In this document: positions 26,701 to 37,314 of the stretch, piece by piece
Position numbering within the stretch: the first letter of the stretch is position 1
How the letters are laid out: every line of letters begins with the position of its first letter
Source of the DNA: Dictyostelium discoideum
Lineage: Eukaryota
DNA: 64,000 nt
Direction of reading: 5' to 3'
Assembly (NCBI GenBank): GCA_000004695.1
Contig: CM000151.3
Coordinates: 1,344,001 to 1,408,000, forward strand
Translations under genes and position numbers: made by a program
Notes under the pieces: generated by a model
What the model saw: only the letters and a program-made list of their open reading frames with translations
The model's database searches: none
Told to the model about the DNA's origin: nothing

Positions 26701-27168
26701 TTTTTCTTCTTTTTGTTTTTGTTTCTCCATTTCTAATCTTTCTTTTTCCTCTTTTTGTTTTTGTTTCTTTAAATTCTTATCTTCTTTTGAATTCAATTTA
26801 TTTGATGATCCTTTTGATTTAGTTGGTGTAATCATTGAATCTGGTGTTGATGTTGCTGATGTTGGTGTTGTTGAATTTGTTGTTTCTGATTCATCTGTTG
26901 TTGATGTTGTTGCTGTTGTTGTTGTTGTTGTTGCAGTAGTAGTAGGAGAAGTAGTAGTGGCAGTAGTTGTGGTGGTATTATTTGATGATGATGATAATGA
27001 CGATGATGATTCTTTTTGTTGTTCATCTTCAATATTTAAACTATCCCTATTACTACTGATATCACTATTTGTATCATTAACAACTTGTTGATCTATGGCA
27101 ACTTCTTTTTTATTTTCTTCTGATTGTTCATCTATTGTTAAAACATATCGAAAAAATTTAATTTTCAT
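23731..27168 (-). CDS. RhoGEF (DH-PH) domain protein of 1145 aa, with a lysine/glutamate-rich internal repeat and a Pro/Thr-rich C-terminus.
   Basis: The DH signature block is VINEIINTEKDYIADLNIIVNFILTP...CRQCNLESFLIKPVQRLCKYPLLLRELIKNS. It is followed by a PH-like block (GRMHYYLFNDIIMRTQKD...FTLVADSYEQKMEWFTDL). The ATG at 27168 was verified. The opposite-strand ORF 23636..24349 is a shadow. Confidence 0.85.
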   Translation of the reverse strand: MKIKFFRYVLTIDEQSEENKKEVAIDQQVVNDTNSDISSNRDSLNIEDEQQKESSSSLSSSSNNTTTTTATTTSPTTTATTTTTTATTSTTDESETTNSTTPTSATSTPDSMITPTKSKGSSNKLNSKEDKNLKKQKQKEEKERLEMEKQKQKEEKEQKIKDEKERLEMEKQKQKEEKEQKIKDEKERLEMEKQKQKEEKEKLKEEKEKSKREQKEKEKEKEDITEQKDKDSTPTKVQLTREPSVISKIFSVKKSNSLIIERSTSPVQIDSSPSKSFIESNNNNNSSSNNLANNTTDRNSISSEDANIIQNNTTDSNIENNETTNNNNNSNGSRTSTPTPINSEGIEKSISSSDLSNITTTTTTTGSGGLNTSPSTENINVGGGTDSGTTTTTTNNNNNNSTNNLVGDKTELSSGSSVISSPNGGTKREVVIKVTRAFAQVIHQNVMKEEGENKMRNMVINEIINTEKDYIADLNIIVNFILTPLKESKIIPDKDISIIFSNIQLLLNVNKELLSDLLQKAPDEKPNHTVGTCFIYFFKYLKIYSGYCANQTISADHIARCSKKIPSFKQFLEEKQASTECRQCNLESFLIKPVQRLCKYPLLLRELIKNSCEGHPDLANLEKAYTEIQEVVLSVNESKRKAEIHQKMYKIHEKLQAPEKFVFFTPTRYLIREATFGELTEEKDKISGRMHYYLFNDIIMRTQKDKKSIRLETLFIIASTNVDGEENRGSSFCNTFEISQPGTTGRRFTLVADSYEQKMEWFTDLDELIKPHREEYSRNADKVLDHIKRSTIATTNPSSNGISSDSPKSLHRTQTAAGALQQQQQQSKPVHAIPSKPLPPPPPKSKSSATITPTTTTTNTTVVIDEPPTIVDSASTPLPSQTPIAKPRPTSTIKKTFITNSNQTSSPQQQQPATTEQAPPIPSRQQRPLSVTPTTTPTPSQPVITQQNENNNTVPTKTTRPLPKPGSFTAPAPVSTLINNNNTSNSSTTTTTTTTTNQPAKPIAFPSKLSNLKQAAPNNSARSASTFVPSTSHSSFVPSSVKNNTNNNNITKDDLSLPSSANNNNNNSNTDFTTPPTGKPRVMPLPPRGGSAVNVAVNNNNNINNNSPVPFPPTTNTTTPTATPPHSPQTSDLNLTKKPIIPPRK
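26560..26760. repeat. Three tandem copies of an 81-bp coding unit inside the RhoGEF gene, encoding KQKQKEEKEQKIKDEKERLEMEKQ x3.
   Basis: The protein repeat is visible in the ORF translation. The nucleotide unit ttctttttgtttttgtttttccatttctaaacgttc...atctttaatcttttgttc recurs on the plus strand. Confidence 0.7.
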
Positions 27169-27799
27169 TTTTAATATTTTTCCAAATTCGAGAGTGATTA
27201 GTATTTTTTTTTTTTTTTTAGAAAATTATTGTTGTTGTTGTTGTTGTGTGATTGTGAATTAGTAATGCGTGTGTGTGAGTGATTTTTTTTTTTTTTTTTT
27301 TTTTTTTTTGGTATGTTTATATTATTTAATGTGATATAAAAATAAATAAATAAATAAAAAATAAAATAAAAATAAAAATAAAATAATATATTTACCTTTG
27401 GTCATTTTTTTTTTTTTTTTTTTATTTAATTTTGAATTTTTTTTTTTAAAAAAAAAAATATATATATATTTGTATTAAATTTTAATTATTGCTACTATTA
27501 TACATAAATTATTACTTTATAATTGGTTAATATTTTTTTTTTTTTTTTTTTTTATTGAATGTGTGATAAAGTGGTAAAATGGTTAGTGTTAGGAAAAAAA
27601 AAAAAAGAAAAAGAAAAACAATGATTGTAAAATTATTTTGATTAAATTATTATGAATGAGGGGGAATTTTTATGTGGTTTGTGGTTTGTGGTTTGTGGTT
27701 TGTGGTTTTTTGTGTATGTATGGTATTTTTTTAAGTGTTGATTTATTTAAATATATATGTATATATATACACAGTTTTTTATTTAAATTTTTTTTTTTT

Positions 27800-27844
<45 letters not shown>

Positions 27845-29617
27845 ATTTTTTATTGTTCTATTTTTATTTTTATTTTTTTTTTTTTTTATTTTTATTATTT
27901 ATCAACTTTATTTCAAAATCTTTTATTTTACAAAAATGAGATTGAAGTTAGATTTAAAAAAAAAAAAAGTGAGAATGGTTTAAAAATAAATAAATAAATA
28001 AATTAATATAAAAACGAATTAATAAACCAATAAATAAATAAATAAATTTGTGAATAAATAAAGCGAGATGGCTTTTTTTTTTTTTTTTTGAAAGAGAAAA
28101 AAAAAAAAAAAATTGAAAAAAAAAAGGATTTGATTTTTTTTTTTTTTTTTTTTTTGTTTAAAGGCAATTTTCAAGGTATTTTCAAATAAAAAAATCGTGA
28201 AAAAAAAAAAAAAATTTGAATAGAGATATTAAAAAATTTAATACCATTGAATAAATAATTGGTGTATTATGTAAAAAAAAAAAAAAAAAAAAAAAAATAA
28301 AACAAAACAAAATGAAAAAAAAATTAAAATTATAAAAAAAAATAAAATAAAATAATAATCAAAAGTAAGAAATGGATTTTGGTTCTTTTTGTTGTGGGAT
28401 AACAAATTTTCTATTTTTGTAATTTTTATTTTTTTTTTTTTTTTTATTTTTAGTTTTTTTTTTTTTTTTTTTTTAAATGTGTTTCCAATAAAATCAAATA
28501 TAGTTGATTATTTTACAGACAAATCAAAACTTAAAATTTAGATTTTATTTCATTTCCTTATTGATGATATCTTAAAATTAAAGATTAAAAGGTTTACCAT
28601 TGGTGCAAGGCCATAGATCGAAATCACTTTTATCTATTACACACAATTCCAATTTCACACAATTCCAATAACCAATCATTATCTTTTTACCACAAAAAAA
28701 TTTATTAAAAAAAAAAATATAAAAAAAATAAAATATAAAATAAAATAAAATAAAATAAAATAAAATAATAATAATAATAAAGTAAACATAAAGAAAAAAA
28801 ATTTTAAAATAAAATAAGAAATGGAATCATTTAAATAAAAAAAAAAAAATAAAAAAAAAAAAGAAAAAAAAAATTATATGAAATAAAAAAAAAAAAAAAA
28901 AAAAAAATTTATTTATATGAAAAAATAATTGTAATTAAACATTTATTCAACTAATTATTAACTGTAACTTATTTGAAATTTTTTAATGAATGCATTTTTT
29001 ATATCTTTTTGAAAAAAAAAAAAAAAAAAAGGTGAATGGTAAAATGTATTGTTTTATGGTGAAAATAAACAAATTTCAAATTCACTAAAAGCAAAAAAAA
29101 AAACTTTATTATTCAATTTTGTTAAAGGTAAAAATAAAAATAAAAAAAATTGAATAAATAAAGTTTTTTTTTGATTTTAGTGTTTTATAGTGAAAATAAA
29201 AATAAAAATAAAAATAAAAATAAATAAAAAAAGTACATCCACTTATCTTTTTTCATATTTATTTTTAAATAATAGAATTATGATTTCGTGTCTGTAGTAT
29301 TTTTTTTTTTTTTTTTTTTTATTTTATTTTTAATTTTTTTATATTTATTTTTTGATTATTATTTTTAATAAAAAAAACAGAAACCAAAAAAAAAAAATAA
29401 AGAAAGGAATTAATAAAAAAAAATAAAAAAACAAAAAACAATTAATTTTTTATTTTTATTTTTATTTTTTTTTTCCTGAAAAAAAAGTTTTCGTTACTCG
29501 CTTGTAAAAAAAAAAAAAAAAATTTCAAAAAAAAAAAAAATTGTATGCCTGCTTTAAAAATTAATTTTTCAAATTTTTTTCAGTCTTTTTCGCAATAATT
29601 TCCGATAACATCACAAT

Positions 29618-30599
29618 ATGGGGTATGTCACACTCACTCATTATCACTCCACAATGTCACTATGTCTCTTTTTATATCAATACAAATAATAGATAAATGA
29701 TAAATGATAAAGATTAATTGAAAATTGTTAATAGATAATCATAATAAAGTTGTGTGGTAAAAAAGAGATAATCACACTCACCACTCAATCAATCATCACA
29801 AACACACACGCATCATGTATCACACATATATCATATCATAACACATACTCGCACGACCAATTTTAAACTCTACATCATACTAATATGAAAACAATAATTG
29901 AAAAAATAGTAAGCCAAATGGTTTAAAAACAGCTAGAAAGCTTAGAAATCACAGAAGAGTCCAAAGATGGAACGATAAACTCTACAAAAAGGCTCATTTC
30001 GGTACTGCTCTTAAAGGTTTGTATTTTAATGAAGAGAGTGAAAATTAAGAGAAAATCAAAACAATAAACTAACAACTTTTTTTTATTTCAAATATAGCCA
30101 ATCCATTCGGTGGTGCCTCCCATGCCTCTGGTATCGTCGTAAGCAGACTTGGTATCGAAGGTATGTTTTAAAGAAACAAAGAAACAAAAAATAATACAAA
30201 AACTAAAAATCACAAATACTAATTCTTTTTTTTATTATTTTTAAAAATACAGCCAAACAAGTAAGGATTTATTTTATTTAGGTTTAGGTTAAATTTTTTA
30301 ATATATTTTTAGGGGTTTATACTAATTTTTAATTATCTATTTTATTACAGCCAAATTCTGCCATCCGTAAATGTGTCAGAGTTCAATTAAAAAAGAACGG
30401 TAAAAAGATCACTGCTTTCGTTCCAAACGATGGTTGTTTAAATTACATCCAAGAAAATGACAAAGTTTTAGTTGCTGGTCTCGGTCGTTCAGGTCACTCT
30501 GTCGGTGATATTCCAGGCGTCCGTTTCAAGGTTGTCAAAGTTTCATCCGTCTCCCTCATTGCCATCTACCGTGGTATCAAAGATAAACCAAACGTATAA
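29618..30599 (+). CDS. rps23: 40S ribosomal protein S23, 143 aa, in 5 exons: 29618..29622, 29910..30016, 30098..30160, 30253..30260 (an 8-nt micro-exon) and 30351..30599.
   Basis: The spliced product is MG|[35 protein letters not shown]|[21 protein letters not shown]|AKQ|[82 protein letters not shown]. It is near-identical in order and length to human RPS23 ([51 protein letters not shown]...[17 protein letters not shown]...). Donors are GTATGT, GTTTGT, GTATGT and GTAAGG. Acceptors are AATAG, ATATAG, ATACAG and TTACAG. All phases were verified, and the total is 432 nt. Confidence 0.9.
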
Positions 30600-31028
30600 A
30601 TAAATATTGGGATAATAAATCTTTTTTAAAAAAAAAAGTAAATTCATTTTTTAAATATGGTCATTCATTTATATATTTATTTTTCCATCACTTTTTTTTA
30701 AAAAAATTAATATGTTTTTTTATTTTAAAAAATAAAAGAATTATTATAATAATAATACAAATAATTTTTAAACTTGAATATTTGAATTTTTTATTTATTT
30801 TAAATTCAATTTGCCAATTTTTTTAAAAAAAAAAAAAGAAAAAGAAAAAAAAAGTCTTTTTTTTTTTTATTTTTTTAAAATTAAATTAATAAACACCACC
30901 CCGAATACAAACAAATAATTTGTTTTTTTTATTTTATTTTTTTAAAATTTTATTTTTTTTTCATCCATATAAACATATAATATACATATATATTAAATTT
31001 TTAATAATAATAATAATAATAATAAATA

Positions 31029-31823
31029 ATGAAAATTAATGGGAAAACATTTGTGGTGACAGGTGGAGCTTCAGGTTTAGGATTAGAGACAAGTAGACAT
31101 CTTAGATCATTAGGAGCAAATATATTTATAATGGATATGAATGAAGAAAATGGTAGAAAAGTTGTTGAAGAATTAGGTAGTGATAAAACTATGTTTTCAT
31201 CAGTTGATATAACATTGGAGGATTCTGTTAAATTATCATTAGAACATTGTTTAAAGAAATTTAAAGAAATTCATGGTGTTATAAATTGTGCAGGTGTTGC
31301 AGCTGCACAAAGGGTAATTAAAAGGGATGGTCAAGTTCATCCATTGGATTTATTCACTCGTGTAGTTATGGTTAATCTTATTGGTACTTTCAATGTAATT
31401 AGATTAGTTGCTGATATAATACATAACCAAAATCAACCATCATCAAAAGATGGTGGTGAAGAAGAGGAAGAGAAAGGTGTTTTCATTATGACTGCATCAG
31501 TTGCTGCATTCGAGGGTCAGGTAGGCCAATCTGCATATTCTGCAAGCAAAAGTGGTGTTGTTGGTATGACACTACCAATGGCTAGAGAATTTGCTACTTT
31601 AAAAATTAGAATCAATACAATTGCACCTGGAACATTCGAAACACCAATGGTGGAAATGTTACCTCAAGCTGCAATTAAATCAATCAATGAATCAATTCCT
31701 TTTCCATCTAGAATGGGTAAACCAAAAGAATTTGCTTTCTTATGTCAACATTTAATTGAAAATACTTATATAAATGGTGAAGTTATTAGATTAGATGGCG
31801 CACTTCGTTTATCAAAATTGTAA
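31029..31823 (+). CDS. 3-hydroxyacyl-CoA dehydrogenase type 2 (HSD17B10/SCHAD-type short-chain dehydrogenase), 264 aa. It is a single exon with C-terminal -SKL.
   Basis: The glycine-rich NAD site is TGGASGLGLETSRHL. Colinear identity to human HSD17B10 runs through NCAGVAAA, NLIGTFNVIRLVA, TASVAAFEGQVGQSAYSASKSGVVGMTLPMARE, TIAPGTFETP, PFPSRMGKP and NGEVIRLDGALR. The last three residues are SKL. Confidence 0.9.
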   Translation: MKINGKTFVVTGGASGLGLETSRHLRSLGANIFIMDMNEENGRKVVEELGSDKTMFSSVDITLEDSVKLSLEHCLKKFKEIHGVINCAGVAAAQRVIKRDGQVHPLDLFTRVVMVNLIGTFNVIRLVADIIHNQNQPSSKDGGEEEEEKGVFIMTASVAAFEGQVGQSAYSASKSGVVGMTLPMAREFATLKIRINTIAPGTFETPMVEMLPQAAIKSINESIPFPSRMGKPKEFAFLCQHLIENTYINGEVIRLDGALRLSKL

Positions 31824-32137
31824 AAAATCAAAAATCAAAAATCAAAAAATCAAAAAAAAATCAAAAAAAAAAAAAATCAGAAATGAAAAAATCCAACAAT
31901 CAATATTGATTGAAATAAAAATAGATTGGCCATAATACCATAATACCATAATACATAATACCAAAAGTTTAATTAATTTTTTTTTTTTTTTTTTTTTTTT
32001 CATTTTTAATTTTATTTTTTTTTATTTTTTTTTTTTTGATGTTGTGTTGTTTTTTTTTTTTTTATTTTTTTTTTTTTTATTTTTTTTAATTTTACCAGTA
32101 ATAACCCTAATTTATAATAATAATAATAAAAAAAAAA

Positions 32138-32579
32138 ATGACACCTTATTTGAAAATAATTAAATCATCATATACTCTTTTGTCATTTTTTTATTTTATT
32201 GCAAATACAATTATAAGGACAATTCAAAATGTTCCAACTTCACATAAAATTATATTAGTTTCATTATATTATTTAGTATTTTCATTATTTATTACAAGAA
32301 TATTTTATGGATCACCTTTAAAAATTATTTCAACTTATATTTATGGTAAATTTTAAATAATAATAAAAATATTAATGAATAAAAATAAAAATAAAAATAA
32401 AAATAAAAATAAAAATAAAAATAAAAATAAAAAATAAATAAAGGATTTTAACCAAATTTTATTTAAACACTATTTTAGAGAAATTCGAGAGTGATCAAGT
32501 TTCAACACTTTCATTATTTTTTACTTTATTTGTTTCAGTTTTATTATTTTCAAGTTTTTCAACAATTGGGATATCTTGA
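32138..32579 (+). CDS. Possible small hydrophobic protein of about 105 aa. Exon 1 is 32138..32345 and exon 2 is 32479..32579. It is weakly supported.
   Basis: An ATG ORF of 72 aa (two predicted TM-like segments) ends at a GTAAAT donor after TATG. An acceptor TATTTTAG at 32478 restores the frame (EKFESDQVSTLSLFFTLFVSVLLFSSFSTIGIS*). There is no homology evidence. Confidence 0.2.
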
Positions 32580-32676
32580 ATCCTCACAGAAAAAAATAAA
32601 AAAATAAAAAATGATAAAAAATAAATATTGTAAATAAATAAAATTAAATTTTGTATAAATAAGAAAATAAAATAAT

Positions 32677-32711
<35 letters not shown>

Positions 32712-32820
32712 CTTAAACTCTTTTTGAATTTCTTTAATTCATTTTTATTTTTATTTTTATTTATTATAATTTATTTATTATAATTTATTTTTGTTATTTA
32801 TTTATTTAATAATTTATTAC

Positions 32821-33729
32821 TTATTGTGGTAAGACTAATTTTTTACCATACATTCTGCTCTTTGCATAATAATAGAAAAAGTCGGCATATAGAATAGTTT
32901 GAAGTAAACCACTAAGCATTTCAATTTTACCACTCCAATTATAGAAAGTGATTCTATAAATCCAATTAAACAAATAAAATGCTCTATAACCACCTAATAA
33001 AACAATGTAGTTGGATGTTAATGCTTCAACTTCACCTGTTCTTTGTAAAAGTATTAATTGTGGTAAAATTGCTATTGATTCTAAATAAATTGAAAATGTC
33101 CAAAGAATCTATTTAAAAAATAAATAAATAAATAAAAAAAAAAAAAAAGATATTAATAAATGATTTTCTATTTTTATTTTTTTTTTTTTATTTTTTTATT
33201 TTTTATTTTTTTATTTTTATAAATAGTTACCTCTAAAAATGTACTATAAATACCAATTGTCGTTTTATCATATGTAATTAATGAAAGAATTGCACATGAT
33301 GCAATTAAATAAACAATTTTAAAAGTATCATGATCTTTATCATAGGTGAATTTATACTTTCTTGCTATTAAATGTAATGTGTAATATGAAACTGCTATAT
33401 ATGTTATCTTCATAAATGTAATATAAAGTGAAACATAGTTGGTGAAAAGATCGAGATATCTTGCTGTGAATACAATTGTAAATAATATTTGTGATTTAAG
33501 TGAAACTCCTATAATTTTATAAAAAAAAAAAAATAAAAAAAAAAAAAAATAAAATAAAATAAAATAAAATTAATACCTTTTTATATACTTTTTTTTTATT
33601 ATTATAATTATTATTATTATGTTAATTTTAAAATTTACCTGCACATGATTTATCATTCTTTATTTTGAAAAGTAAAATAAGCATACTACCTAAATGTAGC
33701 ATATCGCCTAAAAAACTAAAAAGATTCAT
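32821..33729 (-). CDS. kdelr: ER lumen protein-retaining receptor (KDEL receptor / ERD2), 218 aa. Exon 1 is 33639..33729, exon 2 is 33231..33508, and exon 3 is 32821..33108.
   Basis: The N-terminus [31 protein letters not shown] matches human KDELR1 [31 protein letters not shown]. Exon 2 reads ...[22 protein letters not shown].... Exon 3 reads [18 protein letters not shown]...LFNWIYRI...[27 protein letters not shown], matching [19 protein letters not shown]...[27 protein letters not shown]. Donors are GTAAAT and GTAACT; acceptors are TTATAG and AAATAG. Phases were verified (91+278+288 nt). Confidence 0.9.
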
Positions 33730-33889
33730 TTCTTGTTTTATATATATTATATTCCTTTTTTATAAAAAAAAAAAAAAAAGGGATTGTCGAAAATATATAA
33801 ATAAAATTTTAATATAGACACGTGGATGATTTTTTTTTTTAATTTATGAATGATACCTTCAAAATGTTATTTAAAAATTTTATTTTTTT

Positions 33890-33920
<31 letters not shown>

Positions 33921-33921
33921 C

Positions 33922-33953
<32 letters not shown>

Positions 33954-34064
33954 CGCCAAAATTATTTCTTTTTCTTCAATTAATAAAAACCAAAAAACAA
34001 AAAAAAAAAATCACAAATTATATATATATATATGTATATTTTCAACAAATAAAAACAAATATTT
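33730..34064. promoter_or_regulatory. Divergent promoter region between kdelr (minus) and PRP6 (plus). It is 335 bp with two poly-T runs of over 20 nt.
   Basis: The two ATGs face away from each other. T-runs lie at 33890-33925 and 33929-33955. Confidence 0.4.
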
Positions 34065-37000
34065 ATGGCACATATATTGCAAAAAGATAAAAGGTTCTTT
34101 TTATATCAAGAACCTCCTCCTGGGTATATTGCTGGCTTTGGTAGAGGGTAAGTTTAAATTTATAATTATTATTTTTATTTATTTATTTTTTTTTTTTTAT
34201 AAAAAAAAAAAACTAAACTAAAACATCTTTAATTTCAAAATTAGTAACAATGTCTTTTAAAAAATAAAATAATATATATAATTAAAATAGGGCAGTTGGT
34301 TTTACAACTAGATTAGATATTGGTACAGCAAGAAATTCAGATATTCCAGGATTTCCAGGTAGAGATGATAAATCAAAATTAACATCAAATACAGGTGGAG
34401 AAGATGAGGATGAAGATGAACAATCAAATAAAGGTGGTGGTGGTGGTGATAATGGTAGATTTGATGAATTTGAAGGTAGTTCAACTGATAAATTATTTGA
34501 TTCAAATAAAGGTTATGATCAAGAAGATAAAGACGCAGATGCAATTTGGGATGCAATTGATAGTAAAATGGATTCACGTAGAAAAAAGAAACGTGAAGCA
34601 AATGAACAATTAAAAATTGAGAAACAACGTGAATCAAGACCAAAAATTCAACAACATTTACAAGATCTTAAACAGGATTTAGCAACAGTCTCTGAGGATC
34701 AATGGGCATCATTACCTGATGCTGGTGATTTATCAAGAAGAAATCAAAGAAAGAAAATGGAAATTTATACACCAGTACCAGATTCAGTATTGGAACGTGC
34801 TAAATCAGAGAATGAAACTTATTCAATTTTACAAACCAATAATGCAATGACAGCACCAGGTATTGGTTTAAGTGGTATTGATAATTCATCAGGTACATCA
34901 ACAACAGATTTAACACAGGTTGGATCAGCTAGAAAGACAGTATTGGATTTAAAATTACATCAAGTATCTGATAATGTTTCAGGAAAGACATGTGTGGATC
35001 CAAAAGGTTATTTAACCGATTTACGTAGTAAACGTATTGCATCAGACGCAGAGGTTGGCGATATAAAGAAGGCACGTTTATTATTTAAATCTGCAACTAC
35101 ATCCAATCCAAAACATTCACCAAGTTGGATTGCCGCTGCAAAATTAGAGGTATTGGCTGGTAAAATAGTGGATGCTCGTAAAATCATTGCACAAGCATGT
35201 AAAGAATGTCCAACCAGTGAAGAGGTTTGGATAGAGAATGCAAATTTACAAACACCCGACAATGCAAAGATAGTTTTAGCACAAGCTGTACGTGTGATAC
35301 CACATTCGGTAAAGATATGGTTATACGCTGCAAATTTGGAGAAACAATTGAAAATGAAAAAACGTGTATTACGTCGTGCACTTGAATTCATACCAACTTC
35401 TGTCAAACTTTGGAAAGAGGCAGTCGAATTGGAGGAACCTGAAGATGCTCGTATTCTATTGGGTCGTGCAGTTGAATGTGTTCCTGATAATATTGACCTT
35501 TGGTTAGCATTGGCAAATTTAGAAACCTATGAAAAAGCACGTGAAGTTTTAAATAAGGCTCGTCAAGCATTACCTTCCTCATCAGAGATTTGGATTTCCG
35601 CTGCACAATTGGAAGAATCACAAGGTAAAAATGATAATGTAAATAAGATTATAAAGAAAGCAATTAAATCACTTTGTTCTGGTGTTATGAATGTAATGAA
35701 TCGTGATAAATGGATAGCCGAAGCAGAGAAATCTGAAAAGAATCAATACTATGTCACTTGCCAAGCAATCATCTATGAAACCATTGGTATGGGTATTGAA
35801 GATGATGATAGAAAGAGAATTTGGGTAATTGATGCTGAAGAATGTTTATCAAGAGGTTCAATTAAAACCGCAAATGCAATCTATGCTCATATTCTATCAA
35901 TTTTCCCAACAAAGAAATCGGTTTGGTTAAAAGTTGCTCAATTAGAGAAACAACATGGTACCAAGGAAACTTTGGATCAAACTTTAGAGAAAGCAACACA
36001 AAAATGTCCACAATATGAAAACCTTTGGTTAATGTATGCCAAAGAGAAATGGATCTCTGGTGATGTAGCAAAAGCAAGAGAAATTTTAGCACAAGCATTT
36101 AAATTTAATCCTGGTAGTGAAAATATTTGGGTTGCAGCCGTAAAGATTGAAAGTGAAATGAATGAATTAAGAGCAGCAAGAAACCTATTAAAGAAAGCAA
36201 GAGAAATAGCAGGTACTGAAAGAATTTGGATGAAATCTGCTTTATTAGAACGTGAATTAGGTGGTGATCAAAAACTTGAATTATCTTTAATTGAACAAGG
36301 TTTACAAAAATATCCAAATAGTTTTAAATTATGGTTAATGAAAGCACAATTAGAAGAACGTCAAGCTATAGCAAATCATCAAAATAATCAAAATAATCAA
36401 AATAATCAAAATAATCAAAATAATCAAAATAATCAAAATAATAATTTACAACAAATTTCATTAACATCAATTGAAATAATTCGTCAAACATATAAAAATG
36501 CAACAGTTAAATGTCCAAATAATGGTTCAGTTTGGATAGAAGCAAGTAGATTTGAAAAACGTAATCAAAATTTTAATCGTGCTAGAGCATTGTTAGAACA
36601 AGCAAAATTAAAGAATCCAACAGATGATGATATATTTTTAGAGTTTGTTAGATTTGAAGATTCATTAGGTAATAGAAAACAAGCAGCAACTATATTGGCA
36701 TTGGGAATTCAAGCATCACCAAAATCTGGTAAACTTTGGGCTGAATTAATTGCAATGGAACCAAGACATTCTCAACGTAATAAATGTGTTGATGCTTTGA
36801 ATCGTTGTAATAATGATCCATATGTATTCACTCAAGTCTCTAAAATCTTTTGGATGGATGGTAAATTGGATAAAGCTAAACAATGGTATCAACGTGTCAC
36901 TACAACTTTTCCAGAATTTGGTGATGGTTGGGCTTATTATTATGCTTTTATTTTAAAATTTGAACCAGAAAATAAAGATCAAATCTTAAAGAAATGTGTT

Positions 37001-37135
37001 GAAGCTGAACCAAATTTAGGTGAACACTGGATTAAAGTTTCAAAACAAGTTGGTAATTCTCGTTTAAAAACTGATCAAATTTTAAAATTAGTTTCTTTTA
37101 ATTTATCAAAATCTTTATTACAACAACAACAACAA

Positions 37136-37195
<60 letters not shown>

Positions 37196-37252
37196 AATAA
37201 TAATCAACAAAAAACAACAACAACAACTACAACAACTACTTTACAACATTAA
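34065..37252 (+). CDS. Pre-mRNA-processing factor 6 (U5 snRNP 102 kDa protein), a HAT/TPR-repeat protein. Exon 1 is 34065..34147 and exon 2 is 34291..37252, giving about 1014 aa.
   Basis: The N-terminus MAHILQKDKRFFLYQEPPPGYIAGFGRG|AVGFTTRLDIGTARN matches human PRPF6 ...[25 protein letters not shown]. The central block KGYLTDLRS...IKKARLLFKS...NPKHSPSWIAAAKLE...VRVIPHSVKIWL...KKRVLRRALEFIPTSVKLWKEAVELEEPEDARILLGRAVECVP...LWLALANLETYE is near-identical to human. The intron is GTAAGT..AATAG (143 nt) with phase 2, verified. A polyQ tail of about 37 Q plus a polyT run precedes the stop. Confidence 0.9.
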
Positions 37253-37314
37253 TTTTTTTATTTTTATTTATTTATTTATTTTTTTTTTTTTTTCTTTAAT
37301 AAATAAAATTTATT

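Noticed and set aside
34308-35621. Minus-strand ORFs 34308..34643, 35008..35406, 35184..35381 and 35403..35621, plus the plus-strand ORF 34395..34613.
   Set aside because: They overlap the PRP6 coding exon, whose plus-strand frame has decisive homology. These are shadow or alternative-frame ORFs.
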